A stretch of DNA of 39,618 bases from Bradymonadales bacterium (lineage in GTDB: Bacteria; Bdellovibrionota; UBA2394): NCBI GenBank assembly GCA_007693605.1, contig REDG01000018.1, positions 1-39,618 on the forward strand, read 5' to 3'. Of the stretch, positions 27,863 to 36,342 are shown piece by piece (the first letter of the stretch is position 1; the number at the start of each line of letters is the position of its first letter). Both the position numbers and the translations under genes were made by a program. The notes below the pieces were generated by a model, which saw nothing but the letters and a program-made list of their open reading frames with translations, searched no databases and had not been told where the DNA came from.

Positions 27863-28058
27863 TGAGGAGTGGCGATAAAGGTTCAGATGCGAGAAGGCCA
27901 GGAGCGAGCATCGCAGTGTGGTTCAATGCCACTCGAGCAGCGGAGCGACGAAGGCGACACTGCAACGCGGACAAGGAGCGTTGCAGCTATCCGCAAACGG
28001 CGTCGACCGGAGGTCGACCTGAATGTAGGGGCAGATGGGCCCTTAGCGACACTCCTCA
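27863..28058 (+). mobile_element. longest repeat-family copy (about 196 bp, MITE/REPIN-like; copy 6)
   Basis: 28-nt imperfect TIRs TGAGGAGTGGCGATAAAGGTTCAGATGC / GCAGATGGGCCCTTAGCGACACTCCTCA. Contains modules A and B; no transposase. Confidence 0.75.
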
Positions 28059-28553
28059 GTCTAGGCTCGGGGGTTGTACAGCACTCATCTCAATCTGCTT
28101 GGCGAGATTCATGAGAATCCCTTCTTGAAGTCGAGAGTGATAGTGGTCCAACTTTTTGTTCATGGCTTTGTGCCGTAGAGCCAAGCTTTCGAGACCCTCT
28201 CTCCAGTGCTTGGTTGCGGCGGTCGGTTTAGCCCGCTTCTCTTCAAGCCTCGCAAGATTGTTCAAAATGATATTCCATCGTTCGGCGGCTGAAATCTCTA
28301 GCTCGGTGATTTCAGCAATCAAAGCTTCTCGGTCGATTTCTTCTCCTGAACCATCAAAGGCCGGCGCCCGCCAACTGGCGGGCAGCTCTTCGGTCGCTCG
28401 GCGCATAGACTGTAGGCGAGCAACAATGGCGATTTCGTCCTTCGCAAGATGAGAAAGTCGTATCGCCCTGTCTGAGACTTCTTTTTCAGAAGCTTCCACA
28501 AACAGGGGCATTCCAAGGGCCAGGGCTAAGCTAAGAAATGGGGAGCGCATCAC
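28056..28553 (-). CDS. hypothetical secreted helical protein
   Basis: Signal peptide MRSPFLSLALALGMPLFVEA and coiled-coil-like content. Confidence 0.7.
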   Translation of the reverse strand: MMRSPFLSLALALGMPLFVEASEKEVSDRAIRLSHLAKDEIAIVARLQSMRRATEELPASWRAPAFDGSGEEIDREALIAEITELEISAAERWNIILNNLARLEEKRAKPTAATKHWREGLESLALRHKAMNKKLDHYHSRLQEGILMNLAKQIEMSAVQPPSLD

Positions 28554-28565
28554 GCATCTATGACC

Positions 28566-28582
28566 TGCAAGGCCCCTGCCAA
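28566..28582 (-). promoter_or_regulatory. putative sigma54 promoter
   Basis: Minus strand TTGGCAGGGGCCTTGCA (GG-N10-GC); predicted +1 near 28555. Confidence 0.65.
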
Positions 28583-28676
28583 CAGAAAGGCTCCAGAGAG
28601 CCCAAATTCTGCCCCCTCCCTACCAGCTCTGAAAATCTTACAGAGCTCAAAACGACAAAATCCGTTGCAAGGCTAG

Positions 28677-30464
28677 CTATTCAAGGGCCTTGAGGCGGGG
28701 AAACTGTCCCTCTTCGAGAATCCAAATGTTGGAGTTGTCAAACATTTGATCTCCGAGCATTTCGGATTCTTCAAGGGCGGTACCAAATTGCGCTCGGTAA
28801 TTGGAGTCTGCCTCATTGGCTTCGTTATAGAAGGCCGGATTCAGCGACCGATTCCAAAAAGCTGAAGGCCCAACGCAAGTGGAGACCCCAGGAGGCAGAC
28901 TGGTCTCGCCTACAAGTCCGCCAGAATGCTGCTGCCCAGTAAGCTTTACATTCGAGTAAACAAAATCGATATTCATCTGAGGAATGCAGAAGATTCGTCC
29001 AAACAAACCGCCCACACTCTGTTCGGCAATCATATCTCCTCTTGCAAAGGAATTTGAAATCTCTAGTGAACTCGTCGGAGAATAGTTGATCCAGCCCACC
29101 AGTCCTCCCGCATTAGCTCTCCCATGAAGACTCCCATCAAAGTAGGACTCACGAATGCGAAGGGAGGCGCTCCCAGTGGAAGTATAGCTCGCAAAACCCA
29201 GCAATCCTCCTCGATTGTTTCTGTCTATACCTTTACCGATTTCACTGGCCGACACAGAACTCCTTAGGATTTCTAAGCTCTTTCCACCGTTCTCGCCTAC
29301 TAGACCCCCCAAACCGTGCGTCCCGGTAATCGCCACGGCCAACACCTCAGAGTCTGAAATCACCAATGTCGAAGGGTCGTTAGCACCAATGGCTCCTAAT
29401 CGCCCTACAATCCCTCCAACCCGATTTCCCTGCGAGAAGTCTCCTGCAAGAGAGGATTGAGATACCGTGACGCCTTGAATCAGACTACTTCCCTCTACCT
29501 GGCCAGCAATTCCTCCAATCATCCAACGACCACATAGATCGACTTCCGCCGATGAAAAGGCCGCCAGCCCTCCATTCATATGTCCGATCAAGCCCCCAAT
29601 TTCTTGGCCAAGGCTAGAGCTTGGGCAGTGACTTGTACCAAGGGCTTTCAATTGAATATTTCGAATTTCTCCTGAACTTCTTCCGGCAAGTCCCCCAAAG
29701 CGGGTGAGAGCAGAGCTTGCATGAATACTCAGCTCAATCTCTGCTCCGTTAATCACACCACTGGCGGAGTTCTCTCCGACTAGGCCGCCGCGAGCGCTGC
29801 CCGCTGCATAGTTCAACAAGGCATTGAGTTTAACATTTTGAATAGAGCCAACATTTCTACCCACCAAAGCGCCTGAGATTTGGCTACCGCCCCTGGCTTC
29901 GATCTCAATCTCGCTCATTTGAATATGACGAATCACTCCAGAATTCTGCCGAGCAAGAATTCCTCTGTCACCTCCGGATCTCGCGAACACCGCCCTCACA
30001 TTCTCAAGTTTGAGATTCTCAACAACAGCCCCTTCTGTGATCTCATCAAAAATCCCTAAGACCGAAATGTCGCCCCCGGCCACCAGATTTAAATTCCGAA
30101 TCGAAAAATTCTGTCCATTGAGCCTGCCCTCAAACTTCCCTGCCACGACATGACTCATATTCATTTGAAAGCCAGCAAAATCAATATCTCGGCCCAGATA
30201 GTACTCGCCACTCAAATTGTTTGAGATGTTCAGAAAGTCTTGGACACTGCAAATCACGACAACATAGTAGCAGTCCGTCATCGATGGCGGTGGGCTTCCC
30301 CCACCTCCAGGTGGGGGCCGATTCAAGCCTCCCGCATTTGTGGAATCCAAAGGGTCTCCAGAATCTTCTTCGTCGACCACCGCAGAACAGGCCCCCAGAA
30401 ACAGCGCCAAGGCAGCAAACAAAAGCGCGAAAAGGATTTTCTGTTGTTCGATTTTTCTCTTCAT
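28677..30464 (-). CDS. GLUG-motif repeat surface lipoprotein
   Basis: Lipobox LGAC and a Pro/Gly linker. YYLGRDIDF...FEGRLNGQNFSIRNL is followed by about ten GGL(V/I/A)G repeats. Confidence 0.85.
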   Translation of the reverse strand: MKRKIEQQKILFALLFAALALFLGACSAVVDEEDSGDPLDSTNAGGLNRPPPGGGGSPPPSMTDCYYVVVICSVQDFLNISNNLSGEYYLGRDIDFAGFQMNMSHVVAGKFEGRLNGQNFSIRNLNLVAGGDISVLGIFDEITEGAVVENLKLENVRAVFARSGGDRGILARQNSGVIRHIQMSEIEIEARGGSQISGALVGRNVGSIQNVKLNALLNYAAGSARGGLVGENSASGVINGAEIELSIHASSALTRFGGLAGRSSGEIRNIQLKALGTSHCPSSSLGQEIGGLIGHMNGGLAAFSSAEVDLCGRWMIGGIAGQVEGSSLIQGVTVSQSSLAGDFSQGNRVGGIVGRLGAIGANDPSTLVISDSEVLAVAITGTHGLGGLVGENGGKSLEILRSSVSASEIGKGIDRNNRGGLLGFASYTSTGSASLRIRESYFDGSLHGRANAGGLVGWINYSPTSSLEISNSFARGDMIAEQSVGGLFGRIFCIPQMNIDFVYSNVKLTGQQHSGGLVGETSLPPGVSTCVGPSAFWNRSLNPAFYNEANEADSNYRAQFGTALEESEMLGDQMFDNSNIWILEEGQFPRLKALE

Positions 30465-30750
30465 GACTCTCACACTCAGTCTTTTCAATTTGAAGGCCTT
30501 GTTTCAGAGCTTCAATCCCGCTACAAAAAAGGGCCGGATTCTCCGCAAACAGGCTCTCGTCCCTAGGAACTGCAAGTGTTGGGCCTGCCCTAAAGGCCGA
30601 AATCTGGCTGCTACAGCCTCAATCTGAAAAAAATTCATAGTATCTTAGATCACTTAGCCCATGCCTCTCGCCAAGGCTTCAGAGCCTATTCAAGGCTGCA
30701 AGGCTCTGCTAGAAGAGGAGAGCTTCTGTAGGAAGATGGGACTTGGTTAG

Positions 30751-32370
30751 ATGTGGGCTTCTATGATTCTAAATTGTTTTAAAATTCTTCGATCGAAGCG
30801 ACTCGTCATTGGTCTTGTCGTCTTCTCTGGGTTTTTACTTGCGGCTTTCATGGCCGAAGCAAAAGAGAAAGGGCTGCCCACAAGACACACGATTGAGCCT
30901 TGCGCCAATTGGGTGGCGAAAGTGCGTGGCCCCACTGGTGATGGGGTTTGGGAGGAGCTCGCCCGCAAGCTAGCAGAGAACATCGACTGGAGCCTCAATC
31001 ACAAAAATCTTGCCTACGACCCCCAACACCTCTTGCAGAACCACTCCACCTCTTTGGGTGAATTTTTAGCCAGCATGACAGCCTCTCAGATTCGATTTCT
31101 TCACCGCATCGGGTTTCGATGGGAGCTGGACTCTGAAAAGAAGCATCTTGAGATTTGGGTGCCCAGCTATGCAGAAATCGGCGAAAGATTGGAAAAACTC
31201 CGAAAAGAGAGGGGGATCTCCGATGAGTTTTGGCCTCATCCTGTTTTCGAATTCAGAGGGCCAGGGCCCAATCAAAAGACCTTTGTCCCCTTAGGAGCAG
31301 AAATTCCTGAAGGCCTAAGACCCGCTGTAGAGAGCTTGCATTCTGCAGATGTATTCTATGCGGTTCTGGCTCGATCACAGTTCTCAATGGCCTCACCGGT
31401 GCCTAAGGATCTATCTACTGAGCCTAAAAACATTTTACTGAGCCGCTCCACCAGAAAGTTGCCCATTGAGGGCAGGCGGCTCAGCGCTGCAGAACATGAT
31501 CTTGCCCACCTCTTTTCGCTCATCGATCAAAATTCAGGCTTTGGATCAGAACTTCAAAGAGCTTCCGAACTAATGATGAAGCTGAAGTCTCTCATTCAGC
31601 AGTTGAAGCCCAATAAAAGTGTCAACAATGACGACTTCGCTATTCTCGGCCTGTCACAAGGCTATCTTGAGCTCCACTTCCGCCTATTCTTTGCGATCGA
31701 AACTTTAGTTCTGACAAGGCCGGATGCCGATCTTAGTTTCATCGGTCTTCCCACTGAAGTTCTTGATTCAAACAGCCGCCCCCGCGTAAGAAAAATCAAA
31801 GATCATCTGAAGACACTGAGTGAAGATCGCAAAGACCAGATTCGAAGAGAGATTTTCGAGGCACTGCCGAAGATCACCTTAGATGTTGGGGGGACTGTGT
31901 TTGATCGAAGGTATTTGGTGGATCGAAGCTTGAAAGCAGCTGCCCTATACGAGAGTTTCGTGACCAGTATGGTTCGGTGGTTGGACCTGGGTCTGATGGA
32001 TCTCTTGGTTCTTGTGGGCGAGCCTCGCATCGATCAGAATGCTATGAGAATCATTCCTGCAGAGGCGCGAGTGAGACTTGAAGACATTCGAGACCTTCGA
32101 TTGGCTCAGTTGATTGCAGGCCTTTATGCTTTTCGGACGATCTCAGCCGAACAGTGGTTGAAGGATACCGTCCGGGAGCCCCTTGAAAAAGAAATTGCTC
32201 GGGTCAAAGAGCTTCTGAGACTACAACAACCCGAAGAATTCAGCTGGCACCTCCCAGCGGTCGATCGGGCTAGCCCAAGCGGGCAGTTTTTGGCAGAAAC
32301 CGACTTTTGGATCAATCCTGAACTGCTTTGGACAATCTATAGAATCGAACCCCCTCGTTGGCTTCGTTAG
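30751..32370 (+). CDS. hypothetical secreted protein
   Basis: 539-aa ORF with signal-like N-terminus (...FLLAAFMAEA) and an EHDLAH motif. No family recognised. Confidence 0.7.
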   Translation: MWASMILNCFKILRSKRLVIGLVVFSGFLLAAFMAEAKEKGLPTRHTIEPCANWVAKVRGPTGDGVWEELARKLAENIDWSLNHKNLAYDPQHLLQNHSTSLGEFLASMTASQIRFLHRIGFRWELDSEKKHLEIWVPSYAEIGERLEKLRKERGISDEFWPHPVFEFRGPGPNQKTFVPLGAEIPEGLRPAVESLHSADVFYAVLARSQFSMASPVPKDLSTEPKNILLSRSTRKLPIEGRRLSAAEHDLAHLFSLIDQNSGFGSELQRASELMMKLKSLIQQLKPNKSVNNDDFAILGLSQGYLELHFRLFFAIETLVLTRPDADLSFIGLPTEVLDSNSRPRVRKIKDHLKTLSEDRKDQIRREIFEALPKITLDVGGTVFDRRYLVDRSLKAAALYESFVTSMVRWLDLGLMDLLVLVGEPRIDQNAMRIIPAEARVRLEDIRDLRLAQLIAGLYAFRTISAEQWLKDTVREPLEKEIARVKELLRLQQPEEFSWHLPAVDRASPSGQFLAETDFWINPELLWTIYRIEPPRWLR

Positions 32371-32611
32371 GGGAAGAGGCTCAGAGCAAGGCGACCCGCA
32401 GGGGAATGATGGGGAGGGGTGGGAGCGAGTCGCCTTACTTGAACTTTATGACCCCAGTCCTAGCGAAAACTTCGAGCCTTAACATCTCACCAAAGTCAGG
32501 CCCCAAACTTTTTCTCTATACCTAGTGGTCCAAGCGGTAAATTTTTGAACCCTTCAAAGACCCTATAAAACCTTAAAATCGCTCATATTTTTCAGATTTT
32601 TCAAATTCCCC

Positions 32612-32639
32612 TCAAGCAAATGACCCCCCGCGTCGATAG
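32612..32639 (+). promoter_or_regulatory. putative sigma28 (FliA)-type promoter
   Basis: TCAA-N16-GTCGATAG versus consensus TAAA-N15-GCCGATAA. Confidence 0.45.
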
Positions 32640-32738
32640 CATCATTGTGAAATGACAGGCCGCAGCATGCGGCCGGCCTTTGAAGAGGTGGCTGACCCAT
32701 ATCAGCCCCTCTTCCCATCAGGCCACAGGAGGTGATTG

Positions 32739-32972
32739 ATGGATGCGATGAGACCAGTTTCTAGCCGACTCGTCAGACTTTCAAAGACAAAAGAGCGAGG
32801 ATACACCACAGCCAGCCAGGCCCGAGAGCAGGCAGCCGAAAATACGGTGTCTAAAAATCAAGCCGCCGACGACTCCAGCGCCACTCATACAGACCCCAAA
32901 CGACCTCGTAGTGATGACAGCTTCTTTCGCGCAATCTCTCAGCAGATTACAAAAAAAGACGAAGACGACTAG
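32739..32972 (+). CDS. small hypothetical protein
   Basis: Strong RBS AGGAGGT at 32727-32733, ATG 32739, 77 aa and hydrophilic. Confidence 0.7.
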   Translation: MDAMRPVSSRLVRLSKTKERGYTTASQAREQAAENTVSKNQAADDSSATHTDPKRPRSDDSFFRAISQQITKKDEDD

Positions 32973-33023
32973 CTCAAGAACACTTTAATCAGCACAAAGA
33001 ATCGAAGTTAAGCCTACACTCCA

Positions 33024-34436
33024 CTAGAGTGAGGCCTCAGAAGTGGCACTCATCTTCCGAATCAATTGCTGACCCAGCTCTTCTAGCTTCTGCGAATCGG
33101 TAGTCTGAGAGAGGTTTGGTGAAATCCAGGAGGCATCAAATCGATTCCCAAAAAATGGAACCTGTATTCTCTCCGGCCAAGAGAAGGGCATCTCCGCCCG
33201 ATGACCTGTTGGCGAATCCCCTGCCAACAAATCAGGCTGCAACAACGAAACGCTACGACCGCTCGGCAAATAATACCAGAGACTCGTCAGCTTAAGTTGC
33301 CCCTTGTATTGCGTCTGAAGACTGGTTTGCAAATCATAGATATTCTGGATGCTCGACTTACCGAAGGTGGGCTGTCCGATCACGAGTGCGCGCCCATAAT
33401 CTTGCAAGGCCCCAGCCACAATCTCTGAAGCGCTGGCTGTTCTCTCGTTCGTTAGAATCACCATCGGAGTATGCAAATTCATGGCTTGAGCAAACGACCT
33501 CAACTCATCCCTCATCATGGTTCCCCGAAGATGAACCACAACCCCTGGCCTAGTAAACAAGCCCACAAAATCGCGCGCGGCCTGTAGAAGTCCACCAGGA
33601 TTGTCTCGAAGATCAAGAACAATCCCCTTGAGCTCCTTCTGGTGAGCCGACAAAAGGCTTCGAACCTCTTGAGGAGTCTGTGCATAAAAACGATGAACTT
33701 TAAGAAACAGAATTCCCTCCTCTGTGAAGTCCGCATCGAGACTATGCTGCTGTACCAGATCTCGCTTGACTGAAACTTCCAGGCTGTTTCCGGCCCTCTC
33801 CAACTCAAACCGGACCATACTGCCCCTCTCTCCTCGTATCCGCTGCCGAACATCTCTCGGACTCATCCGAGAAACGGGTCTCTGATCTACGCTCAGAATG
33901 CGATCTCCCAACTGCAGTTTTCCATCTGAAGGTCCGCCGGCCAAAACTTCTGTCACCTCGATCCAAGTCGGCTCCAATCTCGTTCCGATTCCCACGCCTA
34001 CAAACTGTCCGTCTAAAACCGAACTGCTTCTCTCAAATTCTTCCGTCAAATTGAAATGGCTAAAGGGGTCTAGCTCCGACACAAAGCTCTTCAAAAAGTA
34101 GGCCCGATACACCGAGTGAGAAAAGTTCGAACAAAGCTCTGTGACTCCCCTTCGTTCCAAGCTTTGCTCTATCCGCCTCAACTCCCCGCTTCGCTCATAG
34201 TCCATGCCCAACATGAGAAAGGAGTCTTCGATCATCCGCTCCGGGAGCTTTCGATTGGCCTCTCTCATCAGGCTTCGCCTCTCGTCGTCAGAAGCCAAAT
34301 GAAGTCTCAGATGCTCCGTCGATACAAAGCTCAAGATTTTGTCGAAGTCCTCGCAAGAAAGCTCATGAAACTCCTGGGCTAAAAGCCCTGAGCTGAGCCA
34401 ACAAAACATTAGCCCTAATTGCATCCCTAATCTCAT
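33024..34436 (-). CDS. S41 carboxyl-terminal processing protease (PDZ plus peptidase)
   Basis: LDPFS, FVGVGI (PDZ), LDLRDNPGGLL, TASASEIVAGALQD, TFGKSSIQ; signal peptide. Confidence 0.95.
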   Translation of the reverse strand: MRLGMQLGLMFCWLSSGLLAQEFHELSCEDFDKILSFVSTEHLRLHLASDDERRSLMREANRKLPERMIEDSFLMLGMDYERSGELRRIEQSLERRGVTELCSNFSHSVYRAYFLKSFVSELDPFSHFNLTEEFERSSSVLDGQFVGVGIGTRLEPTWIEVTEVLAGGPSDGKLQLGDRILSVDQRPVSRMSPRDVRQRIRGERGSMVRFELERAGNSLEVSVKRDLVQQHSLDADFTEEGILFLKVHRFYAQTPQEVRSLLSAHQKELKGIVLDLRDNPGGLLQAARDFVGLFTRPGVVVHLRGTMMRDELRSFAQAMNLHTPMVILTNERTASASEIVAGALQDYGRALVIGQPTFGKSSIQNIYDLQTSLQTQYKGQLKLTSLWYYLPSGRSVSLLQPDLLAGDSPTGHRAEMPFSWPERIQVPFFGNRFDASWISPNLSQTTDSQKLEELGQQLIRKMSATSEASL

Positions 34437-34448
34437 GCCCAAAAGAAC

Positions 34449-34464
34449 AGCAAGTCCTATGCCG
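34449..34464 (-). promoter_or_regulatory. putative sigma54 promoter
   Basis: Minus strand CGGCATAGGACTTGCT; predicted +1 near 34438, about 2 nt before ATG 34436. Confidence 0.6.
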
Positions 34465-34614
34465 TCATTTATGAAAAATATTGCAATAAAATTAAGTACT
34501 TAAAGGGAGGCTCCCAGGGATTTGAAGTCCCTTCTGCGACATAAAATCCCCCCAGAAAGGGGCCCGAGTCTCTCTTTACATGTAGACGAAACATTATAGA
34601 TTCGAGGGCCTTAG

Positions 34615-36336
34615 ATGAGCTTGCGCCTTCCATTTCTTGGAATAAATTTTCTTCTCGTTTGGCTTCCGGGTCTTTCGGCCTTGTGGTCCACAGAGCTCCG
34701 AACGCTCGAAGCTCTTTCACCAACGCAGTTCACCGATGAAGTCCTCGTCGACGGTCAAAGCGATCAGGGATTTCTTCGAATGAATAGTTTTGTAGACCTG
34801 CAACAGTCTGGCCCACTTCAACTGGAGACTCTTCGCCTTGGAGGGGCCCGATCTAGCGATGTCGGTTTTTTTTTGGAGGGCATTCCCTTGGGCTCCGAAG
34901 CCCTAGGCCCAACCGACCTGCGGGAAGCTTTTCCTGCCGGTCTTGAAAGCATACAGATTCTTCGGGGCAGTTACCTTCCGCTTTCTTCTTATTCTCAAGG
35001 CCAGGTTCATCTGCGCATGCGTCGAGATGAGAGTCGACGATTGAATCTTGGCTACGGCAGCTTTCATTGGAGACTCGTGGAGTTAGAGGCTGAGAATGTT
35101 GCCTTTAGCTACCAAGCCTCTGAAAACGACTTCTTCGTGGAATCAGACTCGGGTCGAACTCGCCAACAAGGCTACGGCGCGAAGAGAATCGCCCTGCGAT
35201 CTCGATTTGAGTTTCAGAACTTGGAGCTGATTCATCAGCTCACATACACAAGAGCCGAGTCTGGCCAGGGTTTCGGCACCGAGACGGCGAGCCCACTGCT
35301 CGGAGCCAAGGGCCGACTGAAAGATTGGCGTTGGACGGCATGGATCGCAGGTCGACAACAACAGCTCTTGATCGACGGCTCGAGTAACTGGAGCTTGCGA
35401 GCCGGTCAGCGCATCGAGCGAATTTGGATCTTGAGGCCACAACATAGCCTTGAGATGAGCTTTGAAACTCGCCAAGACCAGCTTTGGAATCAGGACTTTG
35501 AAAGCCCCTTTCGCTCAAGCTCTGATCTCGTTCTCGGTTGGCTTTGGACCCCCTCTTCAGGAAACTTGATCCAAAGCCGTTTGAAAACTGACTGGATTTC
35601 TGACCTGAACACCAAAGCTTGGAGCCTTCAGCCCCAAGTCGGGGGGCGACATGCCCTCAATGAGGCGGCTCGATTTCTTTGGAACATCTCCATCACTAGT
35701 TTGGCCCCCGATTTTTATGATCTTTATACAGAGAACCAGGGAGAATTTTTCGAGTTTGTTCCGAATCCAGAGCTGAAGAGAGAAACGAAGTTGTCAGCGG
35801 ATATGGGAGTCGAGTTTCAGATCTCAGAACAACTGCGCTGGAGGCAAATCCTAAAGGTCAGCAGAACTTGGGATTTAATCCAGAAGTCGGTTTTGATTGA
35901 TGAAGACCTGAATCGCTATCAAGCCCAAAACTCTCAGGGCCTCGCCTCACAACAAAGCCTAGAGTCTCAAGTGAATTGGACCGGTGAGCGATTTCACCTT
36001 AAGCTTCAACACCGCTATCTGATCAGCCTCGCCGATGGTTTTCGAAACCCTTATACGCCAGAGCATCAGATCACACTTTTGCCACATTTTTCGCTAATGG
36101 ATTCTTGGAGCTTAAAGCTTCCGCTGTGGATTCGATCTCCCATCACCACTCGAACCGACGAAGGAGGTCAGATAGGTTGGCAATACGACCTCGGACTAGA
36201 AAGTCGACTGAGCTGGAGAAACTGGGAGTTTCAAATGCAAGTCTTCAATCTTCTACGATGGAAGCGAAGGGATAATCCCTTTCAGGCCCTGCCTGAAGAG
36301 ACTTGGTTTCAAACCCAACTACGGCTTCAATTTTAA
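34615..36336 (+). CDS. TonB-dependent receptor-like outer-membrane beta-barrel
   Basis: Signal peptide, plug-like segment (LRLGG...FLEGIPL...LESIQILRG), P.FYDLY...NPELKRE, and C-terminal LRLQF. Confidence 0.75.
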   Translation: MSLRLPFLGINFLLVWLPGLSALWSTELRTLEALSPTQFTDEVLVDGQSDQGFLRMNSFVDLQQSGPLQLETLRLGGARSSDVGFFLEGIPLGSEALGPTDLREAFPAGLESIQILRGSYLPLSSYSQGQVHLRMRRDESRRLNLGYGSFHWRLVELEAENVAFSYQASENDFFVESDSGRTRQQGYGAKRIALRSRFEFQNLELIHQLTYTRAESGQGFGTETASPLLGAKGRLKDWRWTAWIAGRQQQLLIDGSSNWSLRAGQRIERIWILRPQHSLEMSFETRQDQLWNQDFESPFRSSSDLVLGWLWTPSSGNLIQSRLKTDWISDLNTKAWSLQPQVGGRHALNEAARFLWNISITSLAPDFYDLYTENQGEFFEFVPNPELKRETKLSADMGVEFQISEQLRWRQILKVSRTWDLIQKSVLIDEDLNRYQAQNSQGLASQQSLESQVNWTGERFHLKLQHRYLISLADGFRNPYTPEHQITLLPHFSLMDSWSLKLPLWIRSPITTRTDEGGQIGWQYDLGLESRLSWRNWEFQMQVFNLLRWKRRDNPFQALPEETWFQTQLRLQF

Positions 36337-36342
36337 ATGACA

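Noticed and set aside
5489..28058. Recurrent 26-nt motif as a CRISPR repeat
   Set aside because: Copies are kilobases apart and in both orientations, with no regular spacers and no cas genes.
27862..28128. ORFs of 88 and 81 aa after tyrS, and the ORFs at 17667-18000
   Set aside because: They are translations of the repeat element (e.g. shared STGGR...GRWA) and not credible genes.
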